From: a virus
DNA: 59,994 nt
IMG/VR virus record: IMGVR_UViG_3300029616_000006
Direction: 5' to 3' (one strand)
The notes under the pieces are model-generated. The model was not told the DNA's origin and did not search any database. It saw only the letters and a program-made list of their open reading frames with translations. Within the stretch, counting starts at the first letter, position 1; every line of letters starts with the position of its first letter. Both the position numbers and the translations under genes were made by a program. Below are positions 1 to 8,728 of the stretch, piece by piece.

Positions 1-83
1 GATATTATCTAGTAGTGCTGGGATAATATCCATTTTTTTTACCGAAATATTGCTTGTAAAATTACATGTTGTCACATGATATC
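1..83. repeat. Terminal redundancy, left copy (identical to 59912..59994)
   Basis: 83/83 nt identical between window start and end; repeat is bounded only by the window edges; implies a 59,911-bp unit genome. Confidence 0.95.
55..80 (+). repeat. 26-bp direct repeat copy 1, TGTAAAATTACATGTTGTCACATGAT
   Basis: Exact 26-mer repeated at 106..131; contains two ACATG cores 10 bp apart. Confidence 0.9.
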
Positions 84-105
84 TCGGCGAAAATGGCGGA
101 TAACA

Positions 106-131
106 TGTAAAATTACATGTTGTCACATGAT
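106..131 (+). repeat. 26-bp direct repeat copy 2
   Basis: Identical to 55..80, 51 bp centre to centre; lies about 40 bp upstream of the -35 of early promoter P1. Confidence 0.9.
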
Positions 132-170
132 GGATTTTAGTAATTTTCTGTAAAAAGTTCTATTTTATGA

Positions 171-199
171 TTGATTTTTCCCATAAAATATACTATAAT
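171..199 (+). promoter_or_regulatory. Early sigma-A/sigma-70-type promoter P1
   Basis: TTGATT (171-176), 17-nt spacer, TATAAT (194-199); promoter, 5'UTR and first codons resemble P2 at 27290-27365. Confidence 0.7.
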
Positions 200-229
200 A
201 ATAATGTAATAAGAAAAGGAGAATTGAAA

Positions 230-616
230 ATGAAAGAAAATATTAAGTGTATAATATGTGGAACAGAAATTAGAGATTATGGTAATAATCCATATCCAAT
301 AACAAACGGCGTGGAGGATAGATGTTGTGAGATATGTAATTGTAATAAAGTAATACCAACAAGAATGTATATAGCAGTGGTAATGAGAAATGATTCTAAT
401 ATAATAGAACAACATATATATAATAAAGACAATGAAGTTAACTTGGCAGAAATGCTATGTGGCATACAAGGATTACTAGATGAAATATATAAGTTTTATT
501 ATAAAGGTAAATGGTATATAAGAGTATATGCCGATAGGGATGGAGATTACATAGAGTACTGGGAAGATATAGAAACCAAAAAACCATATAAGTTAATTAA
601 AAGAGCCTTGATGTAA
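230..616 (+). CDS. Early Cys-rich (zinc-ribbon-like) protein, function unknown
   Basis: ATG 230 preceded by AAAGGAGA SD; CIICG...CCEICNC cysteine pairs; the track start at 167 lies inside the promoter, so the internal ATG is preferred. Confidence 0.7.
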   Translation: MKENIKCIICGTEIRDYGNNPYPITNGVEDRCCEICNCNKVIPTRMYIAVVMRNDSNIIEQHIYNKDNEVNLAEMLCGIQGLLDEIYKFYYKGKWYIRVYADRDGDYIEYWEDIETKKPYKLIKRALM

Positions 617-627
617 GGCTTTTTTTA
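601..627 (+). terminator. Rho-independent terminator
   Basis: Stem AGCCTT (604-609) / AAGGCT (615-620), 5-nt loop, followed by T7. Confidence 0.75.
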
Positions 628-821
628 TTGTATAAAACCGAGGCGTAACGCGTGGAGAAAAGGATATTATAATGATATTAGAAATAAGAATAATAAAATA
701 ATATAATAATAAAGAAGGAAGGAATAAAAGAAGTATATATGTATATTATAGTATAAGTAAGATATAATAGATTGGTTCTAATAGAAGACCATATAGATAA
801 TAGTAAGGAGGAGATTACTAA

Positions 822-2282
822 ATGGTAGATGCTATATATAGTGATATTAAGAATTTCTATATAAGAAAAGGTAAAAATGACCATCCTCCAGTAAATGTAT
901 TAGCAAAGAAGGAAGTAGTAGTTAATTTGAATGAAGTTATTGGTAGAGAATACGAACCCTTCTGGAACTCTCGCGAGCGTTATAGGGTAGTTAAAGGAAG
1001 CCGTGGTAGTAAGAAGAGTAAAGTTACGGCATTATTCTATATAGCAAATATGATGGAATATCCTATGGCTAACCTAGTAGTTATACGTAAAAGATTAAAT
1101 ACCCATAGAACTAGTACTAGAAACGATTTAATATGGGCTATAAATAGGTTAGGCGTTCAGAAGGATTGGAATTATAGTACTTCAGATAGTGGGGAACTAA
1201 CTATTACTAGAATAAGTACTGGACAAAAGATATTCTTCCGTGGATTTGATGACCCATTAAATATTACTTCATTTAGTGTTAGTGTTGGTGTATTATGCTG
1301 GGCTTGGTTTGAGGAAGCTTTCCAAATAGAATCTGAATCAGACTTTGATAAAGTGGATAAATCTATCCGTGGTAAAATGCCAGATGGTAAGGATTTAAGT
1401 GAGTATGGATTATGGAAACAAATAACCTTTACATTTAATGCTTGGTCAGATAAATGGTGGGGTAAGAAAAGATTCTTTGATAAATGTCTTGATGTTAATA
1501 TTACTGAAGATGAATTAGATGAGTATAATGCTGGTAAAAGGAAGAAGATAAATAAATGGGCAGTAAATAAAAAAGAACATATATTTGTAGGTACTACTAT
1601 ATATGCCTGTAATGAGTTCTTAGACCAAGACGATATAGATTTATTTAATTTAACTAGAGTAAATAATCCAATAGCATTCCAAATAGAAGGTCTTGGAAAC
1701 TGGGGTATATCAGAAGGACAGATATTTAGAAATTGGACAGTTATGGATTTCGATTATAAGCAGGTAATAAAACAATCTATCAATATAAATGGTAAGACTA
1801 AATTGAAACTAAGATTTGGATTAGACTTTGGTTATACTAATGATGTTGCGGCGTTAATCGCTTGTATAGTAGATGAAGAGAATATGCGTATTTGGATATT
1901 TGATGAGTTCTATAAAGTAGGGCAAACCAACCTTATGCTAGCAAATATGATACGTTATAAAGGATATAATAAAGAAGTAATCCGATGTGATTCGGCAGAA
2001 CCAAAAAGTATAGATGAATTGAAATACTATGGTATTACTAGAGCTACTTCAGCATTAAAAGGTAAAGATAGTATTAGACAAGGTATAGGTAGATTAAAAG
2101 ATTACAAGATTATAGTCCATCCAAGCTGTGAAAACTGTATAATAGAGTTAAATAACTATGTATGGAAGAAGGATAAGGAAACAGAGAAGTTATTAAATGA
2201 ACCAATAGATGAGTATAACCATTTAATGGATGCATTAAGATATGCTACAGAAGGTATTAGAGTTAGAACATTTAGATTTTAG
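822..2282 (+). CDS. terL: Terminase large subunit
   Basis: 486 aa; Walker-A-like KGSRGSKKSK; acidic nuclease-half motifs; AAGGAGG SD; position ahead of the portal gene. Confidence 0.9.
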   Translation: MVDAIYSDIKNFYIRKGKNDHPPVNVLAKKEVVVNLNEVIGREYEPFWNSRERYRVVKGSRGSKKSKVTALFYIANMMEYPMANLVVIRKRLNTHRTSTRNDLIWAINRLGVQKDWNYSTSDSGELTITRISTGQKIFFRGFDDPLNITSFSVSVGVLCWAWFEEAFQIESESDFDKVDKSIRGKMPDGKDLSEYGLWKQITFTFNAWSDKWWGKKRFFDKCLDVNITEDELDEYNAGKRKKINKWAVNKKEHIFVGTTIYACNEFLDQDDIDLFNLTRVNNPIAFQIEGLGNWGISEGQIFRNWTVMDFDYKQVIKQSININGKTKLKLRFGLDFGYTNDVAALIACIVDEENMRIWIFDEFYKVGQTNLMLANMIRYKGYNKEVIRCDSAEPKSIDELKYYGITRATSALKGKDSIRQGIGRLKDYKIIVHPSCENCIIELNNYVWKKDKETEKLLNEPIDEYNHLMDALRYATEGIRVRTFRF

Positions 2283-2294
2283 GGAGGTGTTTAT

Positions 2295-2552
2295 ATGGAA
2301 AAGGACGTTTTGCTAGGCGAAAAAACAACGTCGGATAAGTATAGGTTTATGGCAGAACTGAGGAATAATACGGAAAAAGTGGTATTGTGCGAGGGAGGAT
2401 ACTTGGAACTATACCAGCAACTTATGTCTTATTTCGATGAAAGTGCCAATATTAGTCGTTTTTATATAGAGAAAAACAACGACATAATAGAAGAAAAGTG
2501 GTTACGTCCTAAGGAACAACCAAAGATATTGAGGAGGAAAAAGGAATGTTAA
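2295..2552 (+). CDS. Hypothetical protein
   Basis: GGGAGG SD, tightly packed in operon; no recognisable motif. Confidence 0.6.
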   Translation: MEKDVLLGEKTTSDKYRFMAELRNNTEKVVLCEGGYLELYQQLMSYFDESANISRFYIEKNNDIIEEKWLRPKEQPKILRRKKEC

Positions 2553-2863
2553 AGAAGAAAATGGATAAAAGGTGCTTAGCAATTATAGAGCATTATGGAC
2601 CAAAACACCAACAAAGGAAATTAGCAGAGGAGAATTATGAATTACAGGATGCTATAACAGAGGTAGAATTAAGAGACCAAGATTATTTGGTAGAGCGGCA
2701 GGAGGAATTACTAATAGATGAAATAGCAGATAATCTAGTATTACTAGCACAGTTTATACAATATTACGATTTGCCTATAGAGAAAATAGACGAGAGGATA
2801 GACTATAAATTAGATAGGCAAGAGGAGAGGATGAGAAATGAGAGCATTTATAAAGGAGAATAA
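2546..2863 (+). CDS. Possible MazG-like all-alpha NTP pyrophosphohydrolase
   Basis: LAEENYELQDAI (EExxE-like) and LIDEIADNL acidic helices typical of small MazG-like proteins; GAGGAGG SD. Confidence 0.4.
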   Translation: MLKKKMDKRCLAIIEHYGPKHQQRKLAEENYELQDAITEVELRDQDYLVERQEELLIDEIADNLVLLAQFIQYYDLPIEKIDERIDYKLDRQEERMRNESIYKGE

Positions 2864-3104
2864 ATGGGATGAGTTTAAAGAATTATGCAGTAAGTATGGT
2901 TTTAGTATTAGTTTAAAGAAACCAAAACAATATTTCCAAAAAGAAGTGGATGTAGATATAATGTTATTAGTAAATAAAAAGACAAGGGAATTACATTTAA
3001 TTACGCCAATGGGAGAAAGTCCATTTATGGAAGTACATAAAGATACTTATAAAGATATTTACGATTTAGGTTATATAGAATATATCGAAGGTAGGTTTGA
3101 CTAA
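2838..3104 (+). CDS. Hypothetical protein
   Basis: AGAGGAGAGG SD; overlaps the neighbouring gene as in coupled operons. Confidence 0.6.
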   Translation: MRAFIKENKWDEFKELCSKYGFSISLKKPKQYFQKEVDVDIMLLVNKKTRELHLITPMGESPFMEVHKDTYKDIYDLGYIEYIEGRFD

Positions 3105-3298
3105 TGAATAGAGAAGAACGGGATAGAGAAAAGGAAATTAAATACTTAATGTATCTGAAATCAGAGCTAATAAAACAAACAAAGAAGGAATTAGCTGAAC
3201 TAAGAGAGGAATTGAATAGTTTAGGTAATAATAGAGGTAACGAAAGGAGGGAAGGATATGAAGAAGGTCCTAAAATGGTTAGAAGAAAGAAAAGATGA
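3104..3298 (+). CDS. Hypothetical coiled-coil/basic protein
   Basis: ATG overlaps the upstream stop (TAATG); charged helical sequence. Confidence 0.5.
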   Translation: MNREERDREKEIKYLMYLKSELIKQTKKELAELREELNSLGNNRGNERREGYEEGPKMVRRKKR

Positions 3299-3590
3299 AA
3301 TAATGTATGGGATTATAGCATTACTTATAGCTCTACTAATAATGGCTATATGCTTTAGTATTCTTTTTATAGGTATTTCTGATGATTTAGTAAAAGAAGT
3401 ACAAATAAGAAATGGAGAAATAGAACAATTAGAATACGAACGCAATTACTATTATGGTTTGTACGATAGTGTAATACAGAGTTATGAAGATGCCATACCT
3501 AAGCAACAGTATATAGATGATATAGAGTATTTAGAATCTGTTATCCTACAATTACGCCAAGCTTGTGGCGAAGAATGCGAAGGTATCTAA
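3258..3590 (+). CDS. Hypothetical membrane-anchored protein
   Basis: AAAGGAGGGAAGG SD; one hydrophobic helix (YGIIALLIALLIMAICFSILFIGI). Confidence 0.6.
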   Translation: MKKVLKWLEERKDEIMYGIIALLIALLIMAICFSILFIGISDDLVKEVQIRNGEIEQLEYERNYYYGLYDSVIQSYEDAIPKQQYIDDIEYLESVILQLRQACGEECEGI

Positions 3591-3598
3591 CATATAAT
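3590..3598 (+). promoter_or_regulatory. ACATATAAT -10-like element upstream of the portal gene
   Basis: Same 9-mer also at 30956 and 59183; no clear -35. Confidence 0.35.
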
Positions 3599-3623
3599 AG
3601 ATAAGGAAAAGGAGGAATAGCAA

Positions 3624-5357
3624 ATGCCGAAAAATGGTGGTAGTTTTGGAAAGAATTCCAAACTAAATAACAATCTCGGTGGAAATCAGATAGTATATTT
3701 AAACCAAGATGAAACACAAGCAGTAAAAGATACTATAGAAACATATAACGTTAGTGCTAATAATATTGAAGTAGATAAATTAGTAAAAACAATATATGAT
3801 GAATGGAATAATAGTAAAGAACGTAAACTAATGCTTGATGGTATTTCATACTATGATAACGAAACTGAGATAAATAAGAAAGTAAGATATGACCATTGTG
3901 GTACTGATGCTAGTGTTAACGATAAGCTATCTAATGCTAAGATGCATAAGAATATTATGCGAAAATTAACAAGGCAGAAGGTCAATACTTTATTAGGTAA
4001 ACCATATAGTATTAAGACTGATGATGATAATTATAAGAAAATACTAGAGGATGAATATTTTACTAAGTATATGTATCGTAAGATATTTAATACTACTAAA
4101 GAAGCTATTAAAGAAGGTATTAACTGGTTAAATGCTTACTATGATGAGAATGGTACATTACAATTTAGAAGAGTACCAGGAAATCAGGTTAGAGTTTTTT
4201 GGGCTGATAGAGAACATACTAAAATAGCTCAATTGATTCATTATTATGAAATAGTTGTATATAAAGGTAGTGAATCTAAAACTTCTACTTATGCCGATTA
4301 TTATAGTCCTAACGGTGTAATTCATTACGTTATGGAAGATAGTGGATTTGTTAGAGATAAGGAGAGACCTGCAGAAGAAGGTAATTTTACTTTAATGGTT
4401 CCGCAAACAGAAGATATAAAGAATGATAAGGGAGAAGTAGTAGAAACTACATATAAACTGGACGAGAATGGAAATATTATATTTGAACCACAACAAATGG
4501 TTTGGGATAGAATTCCGTGGATACCTTTAAAGTATAATGAAGAGGAAACAAGTTTATTGAAATATATAAAAGAATTCCAAGATTATTATGAGAAGGTATT
4601 TAGTGCAGCAGTAGATGTAGTTATAGATATTCCAAATGCTATTAAAGTATTTAAGGGTTATTCTGGTGCCGATTTAGGAGAACTAACTAGAAATATTGCT
4701 AAGTATAGGGCAGTATTAGTAGACCCAGATGGAGATGCAAATACATTAGAAACAGATTTCAATATAGATGTATTTGATAAAGTATTAGATAGAATCCGTA
4801 AAGATGCCTACGAAGATGGTGGCGGAGTAGATATGCAATCCGATAAAACTGGAGATAAAAGTGGTGTTGGATTAAAGTTCTTATATTCAGATTTAGATTT
4901 AGATTTGGAAGAACTAGAACAAGAAATGGATGTATTCTTTGAATGGATGCTATGGTTTATTGATTACGATATTAGAATGAAGTATAATAAAGATTACGAA
5001 GATGTAGAAGTAACATTTAGCTTTAATAAAACTAATATAGTAAATGAATCAGAACTAATCAGTATGATTAACAATTCAAGGGATATGATTCCAGATAGTA
5101 TATTATTACCAAGACATCCATTCGTAGAAGATGTTACAGAGGTAGAGGAAGCTATAGAAGAACAAAGATTAGCTGAAGAAGAAGAAATGCAAAAACAAAT
5201 GGAAAACTATGGAAGTCAAGGATTTGGAAATAATATGCCAACTGCAAGTAAATTACCTAAAGTAACAAGCGTTGGTAAGGGTACAAATACCAAGACCAAT
5301 AGTAAGAAAAAGGATGAGAAGAAAGACCAGAAAGCCAAAAGCAATACCAATAGCTAG
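3624..5357 (+). CDS. Portal protein (SPP1 gp6-like)
   Basis: 577 aa, positioned between TerL and the MuF-like gene; acidic then basic C-terminal tail; AAAGGAGG SD. Confidence 0.8.
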   Translation: MPKNGGSFGKNSKLNNNLGGNQIVYLNQDETQAVKDTIETYNVSANNIEVDKLVKTIYDEWNNSKERKLMLDGISYYDNETEINKKVRYDHCGTDASVNDKLSNAKMHKNIMRKLTRQKVNTLLGKPYSIKTDDDNYKKILEDEYFTKYMYRKIFNTTKEAIKEGINWLNAYYDENGTLQFRRVPGNQVRVFWADREHTKIAQLIHYYEIVVYKGSESKTSTYADYYSPNGVIHYVMEDSGFVRDKERPAEEGNFTLMVPQTEDIKNDKGEVVETTYKLDENGNIIFEPQQMVWDRIPWIPLKYNEEETSLLKYIKEFQDYYEKVFSAAVDVVIDIPNAIKVFKGYSGADLGELTRNIAKYRAVLVDPDGDANTLETDFNIDVFDKVLDRIRKDAYEDGGGVDMQSDKTGDKSGVGLKFLYSDLDLDLEELEQEMDVFFEWMLWFIDYDIRMKYNKDYEDVEVTFSFNKTNIVNESELISMINNSRDMIPDSILLPRHPFVEDVTEVEEAIEEQRLAEEEEMQKQMENYGSQGFGNNMPTASKLPKVTSVGKGTNTKTNSKKKDEKKDQKAKSNTNS

Positions 5358-5368
5358 GAGGTAATCTT

Positions 5369-7192
5369 ATGAATATAGAAGAGATTAAGAAGGCTATTGA
5401 GAGTAATAGCAATTACTGGGAGAAGAGGGCACTAGAAAATAAATTAAGTGCTATTGAGAATGAAGAGGATTATTTAAGAAGAATATCTAGCATATATGAC
5501 CACGCTAATAAACAAATAGATGAAAAGTTAGCTAGAGTATATGCTAGGTATGCCAAAGAGAATAATCTTACTTTAGAAGAAGCATATAAGCAATTGCCAA
5601 AAAAGATGGAGACTGAGTATAAGAAGGATGTAATGGATTATGTAAATAAAGCCAAAGACCCTTCTTATAAACAGTACCTACTAAATCAAAGTATAATGCA
5701 TAAGCATTCTGTATTAGACCAATTAAGAACGGAAATGAGAGATGTTATTTACGATATTGATATGGAGGAAACTGGAGGTAAATTCTTAGAAAAGATATTT
5801 ACTGATAGTAATTACAGGGCTCAATATAGTAATAACGAAGAAGCATTCGCAAAAGTAGATAAGGAAAAGATTCAAAATCTATTAAAAGAGAATTGGTCTG
5901 GTGGCGGTAATTTTAGTGAACTTATATGGAAAGATAGAGAAAAGTTAGTTAAGGCATTGGATGATATAGTTATGAAAGGTCTTGCCACAGGAGATAACTA
6001 TGATAAGATGTCAGATAAATTAGCAAAAAGAATGGATACTAGTAAATCTAATGCTAAAAGGTTAATAATGACGGAATCGGCAAGAATGGAAAATGAAGGA
6101 TTACTATCTTATTATCAAAGAATAGGTGCTAAACAGTTAATCTTTGTTGCTACATTAGATATGAAAACATCGGAAATATGTAGGGCAATGGATGGTACCA
6201 TAATTCCAATAGAGGATGCTAAGATAGGTTTAAATGTACCTCCATTACATCCATATTGCCGAAGTGTTATTAGTCCCCATTATGAAGGTAATGAACCAGG
6301 AGATAGAGTTTATAGGGATGTAGAAACTGGAAAAACAAAGAGTGGAAGATATAGAACCTATAAAGAATATCTAGAAGAAGAGCTTGGAGATAAGGAACAA
6401 GCTGAGGCATTAGCAAGTACCAGAAATGATTTACAGACCTTAATTATGGCTGTAGATAATATAAGCAATAGTGCTAAGTACTATAATGATGGTACTGATA
6501 ATAACCAATATAAAGATGCCGTGTATAAGATACAGGAGGATGAATACAATAACATCCATTCTGTAAATGATAAATATACCGAAGAATATATGGATGAGCA
6601 ATTCGAAAAGGTTAAGGAATTAGTTAATGACAAAGCTAATGAATTAGTGATTAGGGTAAAAGAGGCTTCTATGGAAAATATTCTTAAGGATGGTGAATTC
6701 AAAAATCAATATACTACATTAACTAGTGGTGGAACTTATAATCCAGATTGGAGAAAAGTGGTTGAGAATAACTTATTTAATATACCAATAAATGCCATAT
6801 CTAGAAATAGACCGATATATGGTTATATTAGTAATAAGTTTGTTGAGAATGGCAGTAGAGGCTTTGAGTTACAGAAATATGGAAATATTAAAGTCGTATT
6901 AAAAGATTTCGTAAAAGATAGATGTTACTTTACTATGGGTGATTCTATGAATAATTCTTCTAGAATAATACCTAGTAAATTAAAGGATATACAGAGGTAT
7001 TCTATTAGACCAGAAGAATTAGCATTTAATAAATGGAAGAATCTTGGAGAGTTTAGAGGTTATCCAGAAATCCAAATATTCGGTGGTGTAAAATTAAGTG
7101 ATATTAAATATATTGAGTTACCAAAAGAATTAAAAGGTAGCGAAATTGCCAAATCCATATCGGATAATGGTATTAAGATTAGATATGAATAA
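5369..7192 (+). CDS. Head morphogenesis protein (Mu F / SPP1 gp7-like) with a long C-terminal extension
   Basis: LIMTESARMENEGLL...MKTSEICRAMDG...PPLHPYCRS matches the MuF core; about 270 further residues of unknown fold follow. Confidence 0.8.
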   Translation: MNIEEIKKAIESNSNYWEKRALENKLSAIENEEDYLRRISSIYDHANKQIDEKLARVYARYAKENNLTLEEAYKQLPKKMETEYKKDVMDYVNKAKDPSYKQYLLNQSIMHKHSVLDQLRTEMRDVIYDIDMEETGGKFLEKIFTDSNYRAQYSNNEEAFAKVDKEKIQNLLKENWSGGGNFSELIWKDREKLVKALDDIVMKGLATGDNYDKMSDKLAKRMDTSKSNAKRLIMTESARMENEGLLSYYQRIGAKQLIFVATLDMKTSEICRAMDGTIIPIEDAKIGLNVPPLHPYCRSVISPHYEGNEPGDRVYRDVETGKTKSGRYRTYKEYLEEELGDKEQAEALASTRNDLQTLIMAVDNISNSAKYYNDGTDNNQYKDAVYKIQEDEYNNIHSVNDKYTEEYMDEQFEKVKELVNDKANELVIRVKEASMENILKDGEFKNQYTTLTSGGTYNPDWRKVVENNLFNIPINAISRNRPIYGYISNKFVENGSRGFELQKYGNIKVVLKDFVKDRCYFTMGDSMNNSSRIIPSKLKDIQRYSIRPEELAFNKWKNLGEFRGYPEIQIFGGVKLSDIKYIELPKELKGSEIAKSISDNGIKIRYE

Positions 7193-7196
7193 AATA

Positions 7197-7205
7197 TCAT
7201 ATAAT
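7197..7205 (+). promoter_or_regulatory. TCATATAAT -10-like element upstream of the scaffold/capsid genes
   Basis: Sits in a 99-nt gap ahead of the most highly expressed module. Confidence 0.3.
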
Positions 7206-7243
7206 ATAAATGAATAAATGATTCTATCTTTTATTCGAGGGTC

Positions 7244-7265
7244 GCTTACCTCGGAAAAAAGCGGA
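7244..7265 (+). other. Stem-loop in the scaffold-gene leader
   Basis: TTCGAGG / CCTCGGA 7-bp stem (one G-U), 8-nt loop, no T-run, so not a terminator. Confidence 0.4.
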
Positions 7266-7291
7266 ATAATAAAAGGAGGAGGATTTTATTT

Positions 7292-7939
7292 ATGAAGGAT
7301 AAGTTAGTAAAATTAGGGCTTTCAGATGAATTGGCACAAAAGGTTGTAGATAACTTTGGAGACATTGTTGATGGAGTCTATGTAACCAAGGAAAGATTCA
7401 ATGAAGTTAACAAAGAGAAGAAGAACCTAGAAACCCAATTAGGAGAAAGAGATAAACAATTAGATGATTTGAAAAAGAACAATGAGTCTAATGAAAACCT
7501 AAAGAAAACTATCCAAGATTTGCAAGCGGCTAATAAAACTGCTAAAGAGGAGGCAGATAAAGCATTGGCGGCAGAACGTAAATCTAACGCCATTAAGTTA
7601 GAGTTAATGGGAAAAGTACATAATCCAGACGTAGTAATGAATATGCTAAAGATGGATGACATCATTATGGATGATAATGGTAAAGTTAAGTCAGGATTAA
7701 AAGAGGCATTAAAAACTCTAAAACAAACTGATAGCTATTTATTTATTCCAGAAGGTGGGGATAATGGTAATAACAACCAAGGTAGTGCTAATCCTTATGT
7801 TAAAGGGGCAACACCAAAAGATGGTGAAGGAGCTCCACAAACTAACTTAAGTAAAGCTGAATTATTTGCTAAGAACCTTGCAAAAGGTCATAACGAAGCA
7901 GTTAAAGCAGTTGCAGATAGTACATACTTTGGTGAATAA
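7292..7939 (+). CDS. Scaffolding protein (putative)
   Basis: 215 aa, highly charged coiled-coil, located upstream of the capsid gene. Confidence 0.55.
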   Translation: MKDKLVKLGLSDELAQKVVDNFGDIVDGVYVTKERFNEVNKEKKNLETQLGERDKQLDDLKKNNESNENLKKTIQDLQAANKTAKEEADKALAAERKSNAIKLELMGKVHNPDVVMNMLKMDDIIMDDNGKVKSGLKEALKTLKQTDSYLFIPEGGDNGNNNQGSANPYVKGATPKDGEGAPQTNLSKAELFAKNLAKGHNEAVKAVADSTYFGE

Positions 7940-7960
7940 TAAAGAAGGAGGAAAAGAGCT

Positions 7961-8341
7961 ATGAAAGTTATTCAAACAGAATACGGTACAAGCATTGATA
8001 TCTTATTTAACTTAGCACCATATAATGCAAGACCAATTATGGTTGATGATACTGGTGTTGAGGCAGATGAAACAACTGGCAAGAAAATTGTTAAAGCTGG
8101 TTCTATTCTAGATAAAGATGGAGCTATTGTTAATAATGGAACTGCTAGATATGTTCTATTAAAAGATATCGATGTAACTTATGGACCTGCAGCAGGAGCT
8201 GGAGTATATACAGGTACATTAAATGAAAATAAAATTGAAAAGAATACTGGTGTTACTATTTCTGATGATGCTAAAGAGGCACTTAGAGGAATCTTCTTTA
8301 TGCAAGATACAGATTTAGATTATTTCGCAAAAAAAAACTAG
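7961..8341 (+). CDS. Head decoration-like / minor head protein (putative)
   Basis: 126 aa between the scaffold and lambda-E-like capsid genes; strong SD; ends in an A9 run. Confidence 0.5.
   Translation: MKVIQTEYGTSIDILFNLAPYNARPIMVDDTGVEADETTGKKIVKAGSILDKDGAIVNNGTARYVLLKDIDVTYGPAAGAGVYTGTLNENKIEKNTGVTISDDAKEALRGIFFMQDTDLDYFAKKN
8329..8338 (+). other. Candidate -1 slippery tract (A9 then C) just before the stop codon
   Basis: GCA AAA AAA AAC TAG contains A_AAA_AAA and A_AAA_AAC heptamers; the -1 frame is open from 8287 into ORF 8341..8706. Confidence 0.45.
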
Positions 8342-8706
8342 TGGTTAGTGAAGAGGTTACAATACCTTCTGGGGAAACCCAATTATATGGTAAATCAGTA
8401 AATGATTTAGCAGAAAATCTATTAGTAGATGAAAGTGGTAATGTAACCGGAACATTAAAGAATGTTACTGGATATACTGGATTTAGTAGTGTTGAAGATG
8501 AGCAGAGTGGTCATTACTTTCCATTTACATTAGTGAATACAGGAACTAATATGACATTCAAAAAGAATGGAGCTGTTTCAAAAGACAACATTCCATTCGA
8601 AGCTAATAACGTATTCAGAATCACAAGTAATTCAGATACATTCGAAGTATTAGTTGATGGAGCTAGTGTAATAACATTTAAGTTTACTGACACAGTTCTA
8701 GAATAA
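8341..8706 (+). CDS. Beta-rich (Ig-like-looking) domain ORF, probably expressed as a -1 frameshift extension of 7961..8341
   Basis: GTG start with no SD; overlaps the upstream stop; frame is -1 relative to the upstream gene. Confidence 0.5.
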   Translation: MVSEEVTIPSGETQLYGKSVNDLAENLLVDESGNVTGTLKNVTGYTGFSSVEDEQSGHYFPFTLVNTGTNMTFKKNGAVSKDNIPFEANNVFRITSNSDTFEVLVDGASVITFKFTDTVLE

Positions 8707-8728
8707 TTAGATAAGGGAGGAAAGAAAG

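Noticed and set aside
617-821. The 205-nt AT-rich gap upstream of terL as a cos/pac site or late promoter
   Set aside because: It has several TATAAT-like hexamers and a small GC-rich patch (CCGAGGCGTAACGCGTGG) but no repeat or clear hairpin. An assignment cannot be supported from sequence alone.
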